The notes under the pieces are model-generated. The model did no database searches. It was not told the origin of the DNA and saw only the letters and a program-made list of their open reading frames with translations. Shown piece by piece: positions 49,401 through 59,692 of a DNA stretch of 64,000 bases; within the stretch, counting starts at the first letter, position 1; every line of letters begins with the position of its first letter. Origin of the DNA: Bugula neritina. Taxonomy: Eukaryota > Animalia > Bryozoa. Made by a program: the position numbers and the translations under genes. The stretch is from NCBI GenBank assembly GCA_964035545.1, contig OZ037772.1, positions 2,542,001-2,606,000 of the forward strand, in the 5' to 3' direction.

Positions 49401-50985
49401 ACGCCGCTTTCTCTTGGGCGTCGGGACTCAGAGGAACCTGCCAATAGCCGCTTAGCAAGTCTAACGTACTGAAGTACTTGCTGCCGGCTAGGGCGTCCAA
49501 TGACTCGTCAATACGAGGTAGAGGGTAGGCGTCCTGTATGGTTACGCTATTGAGTTTGCGGTAGTCTACACAGAACCGCCAACTGCCGTCTTTCTTCCGG
49601 ACCAGTACGACTGGCGAGCTCCACGCACTATGGGCGGGCTCTATCAGTCCCCGGTCCAGAAGATCCCGTACTTGTCGGCTAACCTCCTTCTCTTTCTCCG
49701 GCCCCAGCCTGCGTGTGGGCTGCCGGACAGGGACTGTCCCTGCAGTCAGCGGTATTTCGTGTCTGACAATTCCAGTCAGTCCCACGTCATGCTCTCCGCT
49801 GCTGAACACATCACCGTAATCGCGTAGTAACTTAGCCATAGCTTGGCGTTCTCTGTTACTCGCGCAGCCGCCACTGGCTGTTTCGTATAACTCCCGGAGA
49901 TGTGTTGGGACTGCCCCTCGTCCCTGAATAGGGTGTCGAGGGAGTGCCTCTGTCGCATCACCCAGTGACGGGCCTACGTCTCCCTCCTGAACAGAGTGAA
50001 AACGGCCCAGCATCGACCCAGCTGGGAGCTTGATAGGCTCGGTAAAGGGGTTGACGCACTGCACTAAGATCTCCCCTTGCTCAGTCAGCTGATTCAGACT
50101 GCTGGCAAGTTGGATCTTTTCGTGCGCGCCTTCAACCACCCCGAGTCCAGAGATCCGGCTACTATTCACCCTGCAGTGAATGGTAGCTCGGGAGCGGCCT
50201 GGTATGGTACGGTTGCGTACCACTTGCACACCTCCCACTAAAGGGCAGCCGAACTTGTCGACGCAGGCGAGTTCCCGCCTGGACATCATCATTGCAGATC
50301 TGCTAAAATCTATGTGACATCCGTGCCGTTTAAGGAACGGCATCCCGAGGATAGCATCCTCCTTGAGCTGACTGACGATGAACGTCTCTTGGATCGTTTG
50401 ATCGCGGACTCGTCCCGTCAGCTCAATTATACCATAGAAGGGAAGGCACGACCCGTCAGCTAGGGTGCCGTATTCCCCTTCGTATGCTTCCATCTCGCCC
50501 CTGACCCTAGCACTGAGGGTGTCGAAGAGTTGGCGGCTTAAGAGGTTTGTGGTACAGCCCGAATCAATGAGAAAAGTAACAGCTTTGCCTTCCAGTTTAC
50601 CGGGCAAGAAATAGCTGTTCCAATGGGGCTGCACCTGAACTCTCCCTTCAGGCCTTACTCTCGCAGGGAGTACCTCCCTCGCTTTGGGTCGCGAAGGAGG
50701 TCTCTTGGGGCGGTGATAGGTAGGCCTCGGGGGTGCCGAGACTAGATTCTCAGCTACCTTTGTGTGCTCCCATCCAGATTCTTGGACTTGTAGCCCTGTG
50801 AATCTGTTGTGAAGGGGCATAGAAAAGGCAGCCGCGGGGCGAAGCCCCTTGCTGGTCCGTCGTGGCTGTTGCCACTGTTGGTTGCCAGTACGCGGTACCC
50901 GTCTGGGTGACCTGCGTTTCTTCTTCCCTAGAGGTTTCGTCGGCCCGCGGAAGGTGGGAACATCTGCGGGCCGCGGTAGTTTAAC
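46417..50985 (-). CDS. pol: Element B Pol polyprotein PR-RT-RNaseH-IN, probably expressed by -1 frameshift
   Basis: IDSGCT, RFCVDYRKLN, LPFGL, YLDD, TDAS/TDH, HKQAH...CEIC, D-D-E (VDL, SDQG, VER), GPY motif; Gypsy domain order. Confidence 0.97.
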   Translation of the reverse strand, partial: VKLPRPADVPTFRGPTKPLGKKKRRSPRRVPRTGNQQWQQPRRTSKGLRPAAAFSMPLHNRFTGLQVQESGWEHTKVAENLVSAPPRPTYHRPKRPPSRPKAREVLPARVRPEGRVQVQPHWNSYFLPGKLEGKAVTFLIDSGCTTNLLSRQLFDTLSARVRGEMEAYEGEYGTLADGSCLPFYGIIELTGRVRDQTIQETFIVSQLKEDAILGMPFLKRHGCHIDFSRSAMMMSRRELACVDKFGCPLVGGVQVVRNRTIPGRSRATIHCRVNSSRISGLGVVEGAHEKIQLASSLNQLTEQGEILVQCVNPFTEPIKLPAGSMLGRFHSVQEGDVGPSLGDATEALPRHPIQGRGAVPTHLRELYETASGGCASNRERQAMAKLLRDYGDVFSSGEHDVGLTGIVRHEIPLTAGTVPVRQPTRRLGPEKEKEVSRQVRDLLDRGLIEPAHSAWSSPVVLVRKKDGSWRFCVDYRKLNSVTIQDAYPLPRIDESLDALAGSKYFSTLDLLSGYWQVPLSPDAQEKAAFITRDGLWKWKVLPFGLTSAPATFQRLMEQVLSGLHWKTLLVYLDDVIVISPDFETHVSRLQEVFERLRGAGLKLKPSKCALLQPEVKYLGHVVGRNGVATDPEKVRAVEDWVTPQDLTELRAFLGLVGYYRQYIPDFAGIAQPLNRLTAKGVTWQWTPVEQEAFDRLKGCLLTAPILAYPDPTLEYILDTDASDQNVGAVLSQVQEGREVVVAYYSKSLSPAERNYCTTRKELLAVIKSVKHFRPYLYGRKFRLRTDHASLIWLCRRAEPSSQVARWLEILAEFSYRIEHRPGKRHSNAVGLSRRPDGGCKQCLNIERRDGGPPRCELEALAHHGAPFDWDQGQLRQRVDESPEDVQNLRANPVLASNVRELKKLQEELPGVVADIYRAKREGRRPSEERIRQGCAEFRLYCQRWDSLRIGQDGLLTISLAASGRHPERKRVVCPTAIRRELIWDTHKQAHAGVKRVMSKLRLRWYWPQMERDVRLRVKQCEICQASKHSRPPGEAGRRRLYAGRPWQVVAVDLVGPMPLTPRGNNWILVLTDHFTRWADALAIPDASAPTVARALDQHVFCYFGLPEQIHSDQGAQFQSQLMSDLCHLWGVNQSRTTPYHPQGNGVVERNNRMLGDALRSLLLGRGQEEWDTVLPQVMRAYRSTPHTSTGETPNLLMLGRETRVPDHLTYHVPEQDNSVHEYASELVERMKAAHEILRQQQWKVRHEDSDEPPLYQRGDKVWMVNYRRRRGQADKLKPKFVGPYVVVEAMPNHTYKIERSGQVSIQNESRLKPYWASPGGVGEAPPLLEPRRQTTTRGRRRHGPEYEVVIPREENLVREERQLLSTEACPPPPSLIPSLPETEPVPEVQTPTEGGAPSGEQEEVTGDGEVETPLEAPTNEPASVSPPLERGQRTRQPPAYLKDFVCDCVKSGTHESLGENRTRKESSKCGSCQHHGNINFCIGRNRNKIHPLGAQSLNHAPQPRCSIFSYADAVKSRRVSKQ

Positions 50986-51887
50986 CCCTGATTTAGGAAG
51001 GGACAATATCGGCGGAAATGTCCTTGATTTCCGCACTCCCAGCAAAAACTGACTGTTTCTCCCTGTGGCGGCGCCGATGGCCGCATGGGCTCAGGGGCGG
51101 TACTCACTGGGTTTTGTGGTGTCAGTGTTGCTATCAGCTTGGCTAGCATGTCCGTCAGTTGAGTGACTTTTGATGCTGTCGCCAACTGGGACACGGCAGC
51201 CGCGGCGGGGGTTTCCTCCCCTTGTCCCGCGGCCGTGTCTGCGCGGTCTATCTCCACTTGGCGGGAGCTTCCGCTACTTTTATGCATTTGGTTAGCTAGG
51301 AGGTAAGCTTCCCCCTCAGTCAGAGCATCTTCAACGGTGGTGACTCCCCTAGCTAGAAACTGGTGGTGGAGACCCAGATCGTCGACAGATGCTATGAAAG
51401 CGTCGAGGGTGTACTTCTCGCGGTTGACTGGGGGCAAGTCGCTGTACGCGATCTGTGCCAGCTTCATGACCGCGGCGGCATGCTCCCGCAGCGGGGTGCG
51501 GGGATCACGCCGCAACCTCTGCAATCGGGCCCTGGCATCTGTAGCAGAGAGGCCAAAGCGGGCCCGCAGAGAAGCAAAGATATTATCAATGTCTACGCCC
51601 AGCCCATAGGGCTTGGCTTTGTCCATCAATGCCATTCTAAGCTTCAACAGGGCCACCCTAGGGGGCCACTGAGCGACGTCCATTACGTCGCTAAACTCTT
51701 GGATAAATTGTTCCACCTCCTCTTCACCCGTGAAGGTGGGCGCCTTTAACCTGTAGCGGTCTTCAGCTAGTTCTCGCGGAACCCTTCGCTCTTCTACTAC
51801 ATGGTTAACAGGCATTGTCTCTACAGCATTGTCTCTACGCTCACCTTCGATTTCCGGTGGTTGAGTTCCAGCATTTTCAGTCTCCAT
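50928..51887 (-). CDS. gag: Element B Gag (319 aa)
   Basis: CCHC knuckle CWECGNQGHFRRYC; directly follows the PBS. Confidence 0.95.
   Translation of the reverse strand: METENAGTQPPEIEGERRDNAVETMPVNHVVEERRVPRELAEDRYRLKAPTFTGEEEVEQFIQEFSDVMDVAQWPPRVALLKLRMALMDKAKPYGLGVDIDNIFASLRARFGLSATDARARLQRLRRDPRTPLREHAAAVMKLAQIAYSDLPPVNREKYTLDAFIASVDDLGLHHQFLARGVTTVEDALTEGEAYLLANQMHKSSGSSRQVEIDRADTAAGQGEETPAAAAVSQLATASKVTQLTDMLAKLIATLTPQNPVSTAPEPMRPSAPPQGETVSFCWECGNQGHFRRYCPFLNQGLNYRGPQMFPPSAGRRNL
50941..50985 (-). promoter_or_regulatory. Putative -1 ribosomal frameshift signal (G_TTA_AAC + GC-rich hairpin); equivalent site at 43357-43401 in element A
   Basis: Lies in the gag/pol overlap; heptamer and CGGCCCGC/GCGGGCCG stem are conserved in both elements. 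Confidence 0.75.
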
Positions 51888-52754
51888 CTTGGATGCACTA
51901 TCCCACCGCTGCCACCACTGTTATAATTTTCAGATTTAGGGTTGATATGCTATCCAGAGAGTCTATTTATCTCGTATAGAACTGCACCAGGCTAAGTCGA
52001 GTGAACGAGTATATTTTATACACAACTATACATTATAAAAACACGATACATTATTTCTAACAAGTTACACATCTAATCTATTTCACACTCTAGCTTCGAC
52101 TGGGTTAGCAGCGGGAAACTACAATTGCTGCTAACTATCAACTACGCTAATTGGCTATCCACTGTTCCGGGTCAATTACGCGACCCTACATGTTGTGCTG
52201 CTGGTAGTTCCACGAACCACCACAATAGTATGTCTTACCAGTGATAAAGCTGCTAGATGAAAGAGACCGTTCACTCTGTTTGTCTGGGTTTTATCTGCCT
52301 TAGCTTGTAGCTATCTCAGCTATACGGTGGCTGGTAGGGCAACTCTTAGTAACACGATAGCTCAAGTATCTGATAGGCTATTGTCATTAGCTAAACTCTC
52401 AGCGTACCACTATAACATGCCCCCTTCCAATAAAGGCTGGTGACCACCTGCTAAAACTAAGCATTTCAATTACATACTATTTCTAAAAGCTATAAGCTGA
52501 TGAGTACCACATGTCTGTGGGTAAACTTACTCACCTCTATATGCCAGAAACTGTAAACACAAGCTTTAACTATTTGTAATTTAGTAGTTTGCGAGTCAGT
52601 GTGTCGTTGAGTGTGTGAGTAAATAAGTAGGTGAGTAAGTTAGGTGAGTAGGTTGTTTAGTGTGTCGGTAAGTGTGTAAGTAAGTGAGTTGGGATCGGAG
52701 GATGTTCCCACCCTCTTCTCCCTCAGTCTCAGTTGCCTGAGACTGACCAGAACC

Positions 52755-53760
52755 TCAATGCAGTGCTTCGGGATTAGAAGATGTTTCCATCTTCACCTCC
52801 CCAGTCTCAGTTGCCTGAGGCTGACTAGGACTGTAGGTCGGTCTCAGACCAAGGTCTGAACCACCATGTACACCGGGGGTCTGGGGCTCTACGGCCATTG
52901 ACTCCTCCCAAGTGTCGTCCCGAGGGCGACCTGGGGTCGGCGACTCCTCTACGGCCTTTGACTCCTCCTGGTTACCACTGGGACCTTCCGCAACTGTGGT
53001 TGCAGGGTTTAGTATTGTGCTACCCAACCCTCTGGAATGCACGTTGGCCACGCTGGCCCAGTTTTCGATTGCTACTTTAATAGCCATTGAGCACTGATAC
53101 TCCTCACTGATCTCTTCCATTTGCCTGTTGAACTTTCGTTGAAGTTCTTGCTTTTCTCTATTTAATTCCTCTTTCCTTAGTGCATAAGCCTCCCCATCCA
53201 GGAAGTCGCACCCCGTCAAGCCATTCAGGAACCCTGAAACTTCACTGACAATAACATTTTTAGGCTTTAATGCATGAACATAGCTTGATGATGTAGCTAC
53301 ACCACCAGAGGCAACACTTGCATAGTTTGATTTCTGACTACCTGAAACCTTGGCTAATTTTGGTGCTGGATCTTGAAAGTCAACACCATCAACAGCCTTC
53401 CGCTTGAAGCTAGAAGGTGCGTGACTACAGTCTGAGGTTTTGTGTTCGGCTGCGACACAACACCAACTGCAATAGACTTCTCTGCAGTCCTCCACCCAAT
53501 GACCCTTCTGCCCACGCCTGTAACACTTATTATTGGGACAGTCTTGGGCAGAGTGATCCCTGAAGCATCTACAGATGGCACACCTAATTGTGCCCTTGTT
53601 GCCACATACCTCATGTGGCTTCTTAAGCTTAGCCTTATCTTCTGTATTCTTGGGCTTACCCTTTTACCGTTTCTTTATGTCTTCCTGAGGGTCCGGCTTT
53701 AGACCAAGAGTCCATGTCGGGTTCCCCTATACCTTCCTTCTCTTTCTCACTATTGCTCAT
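52755..53760 (-). pseudogene. Element C second ORF: triple zinc-knuckle + coiled-coil protein, one frameshift near 53663
   Basis: CAICRCFRDHSAQDC, CYRRGQKGHWVEDC, CSWCCVAAEHKTSDC in one frame; the ATG at 53760 joins this frame if one A in GTAAAAGGG is removed. Confidence 0.65.
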
Positions 53761-53949
53761 TGTTTGTCTCTTTCTCTATCTATATATTGTTTTTCTCAAG
53801 TTTTCTAAAACGGTATCTATAAAAACACATTATTATTTATACCTCTGCATGTTTAGTCTATTAGGAGGTTTGCTTAGTCTCCCCCGTCTAGTATGCGTAA
53901 TTTCTCCTTGTTCAGGAGGAAATAACTTGCTGTCATTGCCATCATATAG

Positions 53950-55158
53950 TCAGCTTGCAAATCTGACTTTCCTATAACCCTTATTCCTATCACTACTCCC
54001 ACTACTTGACCTATAAGGTTTGGTCTCCCTTTCGGGGCAATCTTTAGTGGTGTGCCCTCGACAGTTACATACGAAGCACCTTACATCAGGGCAGTCCCTA
54101 ATTCTATGATCATGTTTTTTACAATGATAGCAAAGATTTCCTTCTCTTCTAGGGGAGCTAAACTTTTTAGACCTAGAATGATAGTAACCCGAATTCAGTC
54201 TATCTACGAGAGGTTTTTCATCCCTCCTCCTTCGTTGGCTTGAACAGAATTTATCCCTACTATTGTAATGTCGTTTACTATGATCATCAGAGCTATTACT
54301 AGATCCACTCGAGCTTCTACTTCTATAGTGGTCACTATTCCTAAGGCTACTTCTCAAATAAGGTCTCCACTTTATTCTAGATCTCGAAACCCTATTAACA
54401 GAATAACTGTCACAGGTGTCACTGCTACTGTTTCTAGTCTGCTTAAGAGAACTTACAGCCCCGACTTCTTGTTTGACGTCCACTATTGTCCTAGCTTCAT
54501 TTAAAAGTAGGTCTGAGTCTCTAGCTAGCTTTTTTGCTTTAAGCTTGGTATTTAAGTCGTCCCAGGATAAATCGGGTTCTTGCAATAATTGTCTCCTAGC
54601 ATTAGTATCGCGCAAGCCATTTACTGCTAAGGCAACACTAAGTCTCCTTCTAACATCCTCGGTCCCAGCACCTAAACCTAATTCTCTACTAAGTTTTTCT
54701 ACTCTCAGCAAGTATTCTCTTTCATCCTCATCAATGGCCTGTGACACTGTCACAAACCTCATTGTTTTAACATAAAAGCTATCTGACCTATCATAGTGGC
54801 CCCTAAGTAGACCTAATGCTTGCTCATAGCCTTCATTCCCATTGTTTCTCAAATCAAAGCCAAGAGATTGTAACGTGGCTCTACCATCATTGCCTATTGC
54901 GCTCAACAATGCTAACAACTTAGTCCTACCTCTAAATTTATTTACTTCTACACCCTCCACTGTCTTTTTTCCCAGATTCAAAGTAGTTAACTCTACTGTT
55001 ATCTCAAATTGAGCTAGCCAATCATTCCATGATCCTGTCACATCATTACAATTCAATTGAAGTCTTGGAAATAAATTTAAATCCATGACTTTGTTGTTAC
55101 AATTCCCTGTGCTACAAAGGTTACTACTTGTACTAGCTTGGAGCCTTGATTTACTCAT
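53950..55158 (-). CDS. gag: Element C Gag (402 aa, Mag-like) with two CCHC knuckles
   Basis: W..W..QFE N-terminal motif; CYHCKKHDHRIRDC and CFVCNCRGHTTKDC. Confidence 0.88.
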   Translation of the reverse strand: MSKSRLQASTSSNLCSTGNCNNKVMDLNLFPRLQLNCNDVTGSWNDWLAQFEITVELTTLNLGKKTVEGVEVNKFRGRTKLLALLSAIGNDGRATLQSLGFDLRNNGNEGYEQALGLLRGHYDRSDSFYVKTMRFVTVSQAIDEDEREYLLRVEKLSRELGLGAGTEDVRRRLSVALAVNGLRDTNARRQLLQEPDLSWDDLNTKLKAKKLARDSDLLLNEARTIVDVKQEVGAVSSLKQTRNSSSDTCDSYSVNRVSRSRIKWRPYLRSSLRNSDHYRSRSSSGSSNSSDDHSKRHYNSRDKFCSSQRRRRDEKPLVDRLNSGYYHSRSKKFSSPRREGNLCYHCKKHDHRIRDCPDVRCFVCNCRGHTTKDCPERETKPYRSSSGSSDRNKGYRKVRFAS

Positions 55159-55294
55159 GTGTTATGTCAAGATGCCAATCACAAAATATCTTAAACACTG
55201 AGTATCACTGTTTCGGTCACTTGTTGTAAATGACTGTAGTATCACAGTTGCCAGCTGTGAATCACGATATCAAATTACGATTATCACTCATTAG

Positions 55295-55558
55295 ACTACA
55301 CTAACGATAACACTACACTAACAATAACACTACACTAACAGTAACACTGCACCAACAGTAACACTGCACCAACAGTAACACTGCACCAACAGTAACACTG
55401 CACTACACTACACTACACTACACTACACTACACTACACTATACTACACTACACTACACTACACTACACTACACTACACTACACTACACTACACTACACTA
55501 CACTACACTACACTACACTACACTACACTACACTACACTACACTACACTACACCACAC
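55295..55558 (+). repeat. (CACTA)n microsatellite and 17-bp ACACTGCACCAACAGTA repeats in element C leader
   Basis: Directly visible. Confidence 0.95.
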
Positions 55559-55906
55559 TTATATTATTATATTATATTCAAAACACTTGCAACTGATAAT
55601 GATTAATTGAAGAAAGTACTTATCTATCATCTATAGTTGTAAGGACAGAAAAAGTTTCTCACTGGCAGGTTCGTTAAAATGCTGACTGCGCCATGTTAGA
55701 TTACCACAATGTAATAGTATGTCTTACCAGTGATAAAGCTGCTAGATGAAAGAGACCGTTCACTCTGTTTGTCTGGGTTTTATCTGCCTTAGCTTGTAGC
55801 TATCTCAGCTATACGGTGGCTGGTAGGGCAACTCTTAGTAACACGATAGCTCAAGTATCTGATAGGCTATTGTCATTAGCTAAACTCTCAGCGTGCCACT
55901 ATAACA

Positions 55907-56203
55907 ACTAGGTTATGTTACCAAGTTATATTACTAGTTTATGTTACCAAATTATATTACCAGGTTATTTTACCAAGTTATATTACTAGTTTATGTTATC
56001 AAGTTATATTACTAGTTTATGTTACCAAGTTATATTACTAGTTTATATCACCAAGTTATATTACTAGTTTATATTACCAAGTTATATTACTAGTTTATAT
56101 TACCAAGTTATATTACTAGTTTATGTTACCAAGTTATATTACTAGTTTATATCACCAAGTTATATTACTAGTTTATATCACCAAGTTATATTACTAGTTT
56201 ATA
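55907..56203 (+). repeat. Minisatellite of about 27 bp (ACCAAGTTATATTACTAGTTTATATT); its first unit lies at about 39400-39429, left of the LTR nest
   Basis: Tandem copies; the same unit flanks element A on the left. Confidence 0.9.
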
Positions 56204-56302
56204 CTGCTAGTATTCAACAACTACCCTCCAGCACATCTCAACTCTGACGCAACTAAACTGACTAATCATCCGTATAGTTTATAGTTTTTGTTGAATTCTT
56301 CA

Positions 56303-59295
56303 GACGCCGAGAACTGTGCATGTGGCTTCACCTGCGAGTGTGGTGCCTGTGTTGGGGTATGTGACCTTGACAGAGACTGTGGGAAGCTGCTGATCTGTTT
56401 GGAGAAAATATGTTATCAGCAGGCCTCACCAGATGACAGAACTGTTGTCTGGGATCTTTATCACTCTGAACTAGTAGAATGTTCTTCAGGTTTGAATGCG
56501 AAATCTTTGTTCTAAACTCTATTAGAGTTTAAAAGTGTTGCTTTCTGTTGTACTTATATCTGTGCTGGCCAGGATTTTTGAATGATTTCTGTTATGTATT
56601 TACATAACAGAGTGTAAACTTAAAGCTGAATTTGCTTTATTTTCTACATATTTTGGTTTGCGATTTTTCAGTAGAAACGAGGCATCACACTTGGTGTGAT
56701 TATCAGCATTTTTTGCAGGTGCTTCTATCCGTGTACTGACAACACAGCCTGTCCTAGTGATGGACAAATCTGTCACCATGGTGTCTGTAAAGAGGGCTGT
56801 CAGGTGAGTAGTCGCTATGACCTACACTGCGAGTTATTGATGACTTTCATACTATGAGTTATGACTACCTACTATAATTTATACTGCGAGTCCAAGTAGC
56901 TGCTGTAACTTATGCTGTGAGTCATGACTAACTGAAATCACTTATACTGTGAGTCATGACTAACTGATATCACTTATACTGTGAGTCAATTATCAAAAAT
57001 AGCAAAGAAGTAGAGATATGTTGTGTATGTGAGATATGTGAGGTTATTTAGTGACTAGTTCGCTATTTATAGAGTTTTGTTTCTATTAATAGACTGTACT
57101 GAAGATGAACAATGTGGATCTGAGTTTACTGAATGCATATCCAACATATGCTATCAGCTTTATCCTCTCAACAATCCAGATCTTTCTTATGCTGAGCAGG
57201 ACAGACTCTTTGATGATCCGCTGGATCTACAGAATGATGGTAAGTTACTCTGTTAGTACACTTACTCTGTTAGTATAGTTACTCTGTTAGTATAGTTACT
57301 CTGTTAGTACAATTACTCTGTTAGTTTAGTTACTCTGTTAGTATAGTTACTCTGTTAGTACAGTTACTCTGTTAGTACAGTTACTCTGTTAGTACAGTTA
57401 CTATGTTAGTATAGTTACTCTGTTAGTATAGTTACTCTGTTAGTACAGTTACTATGTTAGTATAGTTACTCTGTTAGTATAGTTACTCTGTTAGTATAGT
57501 TACTCTGTTAGTATAGTTACTCTGTTAGTACAGTTACTATGTTAGTATAGTTACTCTGTTAGTATAGTTACTTTGTTAGTACAGCTACTCTGTTAGTATA
57601 GTTACTCTGTTAGTACAGTTACTCTGTTAGTATAGTTACTCTGTTAGTATAGTTACTCTGTTAGTATAGTTACTCTGTTAGTATAGTTACAGTAAAAGTT
57701 TGCTAGTCATAATAACTTGCACTGTTAGTTGCTCGACAAGTTATTCTACATCTCTTGTAGCCACAACCAAAGTGGTGTCTATATCTCCTGCTAGTGACTC
57801 GAGTAATGACTCATATGTAATTGTAATTAATTACATATCTAATGTAATTGATTTTTGCAATTACTTTACAATTACATCTCAATTACTTTAAACTTTTAAA
57901 TCTTAAAATCTTAAGAAATTTATTCTTTTTTAGCATGACTACTGTTAAATAACAAGTACAGATTAAGTCAATGTAGTATAGTATCACTTTTGCGAACAAA
58001 GCACGTTCACCCCTGTCAAAATTGCCCCTGCTAGGTGGACCCTAGAGGTGAAATTGCATAACTTCCATTTGTCCTTTGTGAGAACAAAAGTAATTGTAAT
58101 TGTAATTAATTGCTTTACAATGTAGTTTTGTACTGTAATTAATTACATTTATTTCAACTGTAATTATAATTGTAATTGTAATTGACAAATTCTCATGTAA
58201 TTGTAATTAGTTACATTCACATGTAATTGACCCCAACAACCCTGGTTTATTATGGAGCTCATACTTTTATTGTTCAAGGTCTAGATGTATTCTCCACCAT
58301 GTTTTTACTAGAAGTAAACGTCACCCAGCAGCTAGATAATCAGCCATTTGTTGCTTTAAACACATGGGAACAGCACTCGTAAGTGTTTATCTTGTATCAA
58401 CCATGACTTTCTCAGTATTATTTTAGAATATCCAAAAGTTTTTTTGTTGAGAATTGTCGCTATAGTAACATATTGGTTTCCTGTATGGATGTTGATAAGT
58501 GTTGCTATAGTAACATGTTGGTTTCCTGTATGGATTGTAGTTTGAGTATCTGGCAGAGTTTTCCTAACTCAACTTTCTTCAAATTCACTCTGAGAGAGCA
58601 AACCCAGACTGACAGGCAATAGTCACTGCCAACAGTTTATCAAATAGTCACTAGTTGCTAGTCACCAGATACTAGTCCTCTACTATGTTGCTAGTCACTT
58701 GATAATCTGAACAATCACAGGCCTTTTTAAAGCTGAGCAAGTTGTTGGTATGACTATTCCATTTGCTGATTGTAGATGTATAAACTCAGTGGCAGTAGAA
58801 GACGCATATGGTAGGAAGAATAAGTCAGTCATTTTATATACAGCTGGTGATAAAGAATACACAGCAACAGATAGCAGGTTCCAATATTCTGTGCTGCAGG
58901 ATGATTGCAAGGTATGTAAATCTGACCTATATACTGCAAATCTGACCTATAAAGTGTAAATCTAATTTATATGGTGTAATTTCGATCTGCACTTGAACAT
59001 GATTGCGATAGTTGCATCTTTTTTCTGTTAATATGCAATATAGCTTGCCTTTGAGTCTTTTTAATAACTACTTATGACTTCAACCCAAAAGCCACTTTGA
59101 GTGCTGTACGAGTTTAGAGTTTTGAGTTTGCCTTCTGCCATTTTGTAGTATGCCAAATCATCAGAAGCTCAGACAGAGATTGACACCAAGACCGCCACCC
59201 ACTTGCCTATTATTGACATTGCTCCTGGTGACATCGGGACCACCCACAAAGAGTTTGGGGTTCAGCTAGGGAGGGTGTTATGCCCCTCCCTGTGA
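56303..59295 (+). pseudogene. Inverted paralog of the Cys-rich/collagen/COLFI gene with the triple-helix exons deleted
   Basis: Cys-rich exons at about 56303-56490, 56719-56803 and 57093-57239; COLFI exons at 58733-58911 and 59149-59295. Sequence is the reverse complement of 15.1-16.4 kb and 20.0-20.3 kb. Confidence 0.7.
57243..57690 (+). repeat. 17-bp minisatellite (AGTTACTCTGTTAGTAT)
   Basis: About 26 tandem copies starting at a splice donor. Confidence 0.95.
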
Positions 59296-59692
59296 CTTTA
59301 TATATTTAGAAACTGTTGTTAATTTAGTAATTCTGTTGGTGCATTTAACAGACGCTAGTTAGACATTCCAGCATAGCAATACATAAATAATGTAAATTTC
59401 ATAACAAAATCACTCAGCCATACGCAACTATCTGATGCGCGTAGCTTGCACTACGTGAAACAATATTGTAGTCAATAAAATGAATATATAAGTTTATTAT
59501 TATATCCGAAATTGTATCAGTACCAAATATAAATACTCTACTTTTCAAAATATTGAGTCCTTTTGATTAATTTTTTAATCGTAGAAACTAAACATATATA
59601 TATAATAAATATATATATATATATATAATGTATGCTGATTGTCAATCTAGTTGGAGTTCCAGCAAAGTAAAGTGCTCGATATCACAGAGCTA

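Larger units (their letters stand above)
44722..52224 (-). mobile_element. Element B: full-length Ty3/Gypsy LTR retrotransposon with third ORF; LTRs 51919-52224 (5') and 44722-45027 (3')
   Basis: 306-bp LTRs with no difference seen; TSD ATAG; PBS TGGTGGCAGCGGTGGGAT (tRNA-Leu-type) at 51900-51917; PPT next to 45027. Confidence 0.97.
44698..55906 (-). mobile_element. Element C: pol-less LTR retrotransposon; 5' LTR 55694-55906, 3' LTR split by element B (44698-44721 + 52229-52417)
   Basis: 213-bp LTRs (one difference seen); 5-bp TSD ACTAG; PBS TGGCGCAGTCAGCA (tRNA-Ser-like) at 55680-55693; PPT next to 52417. Confidence 0.92.

Noticed and set aside
41327-51749. Many plus-strand ORFs of 60-175 aa over the LTR elements
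   Set aside because: Antisense shadows of GC-rich gag/pol; no motifs or independent conservation seen.
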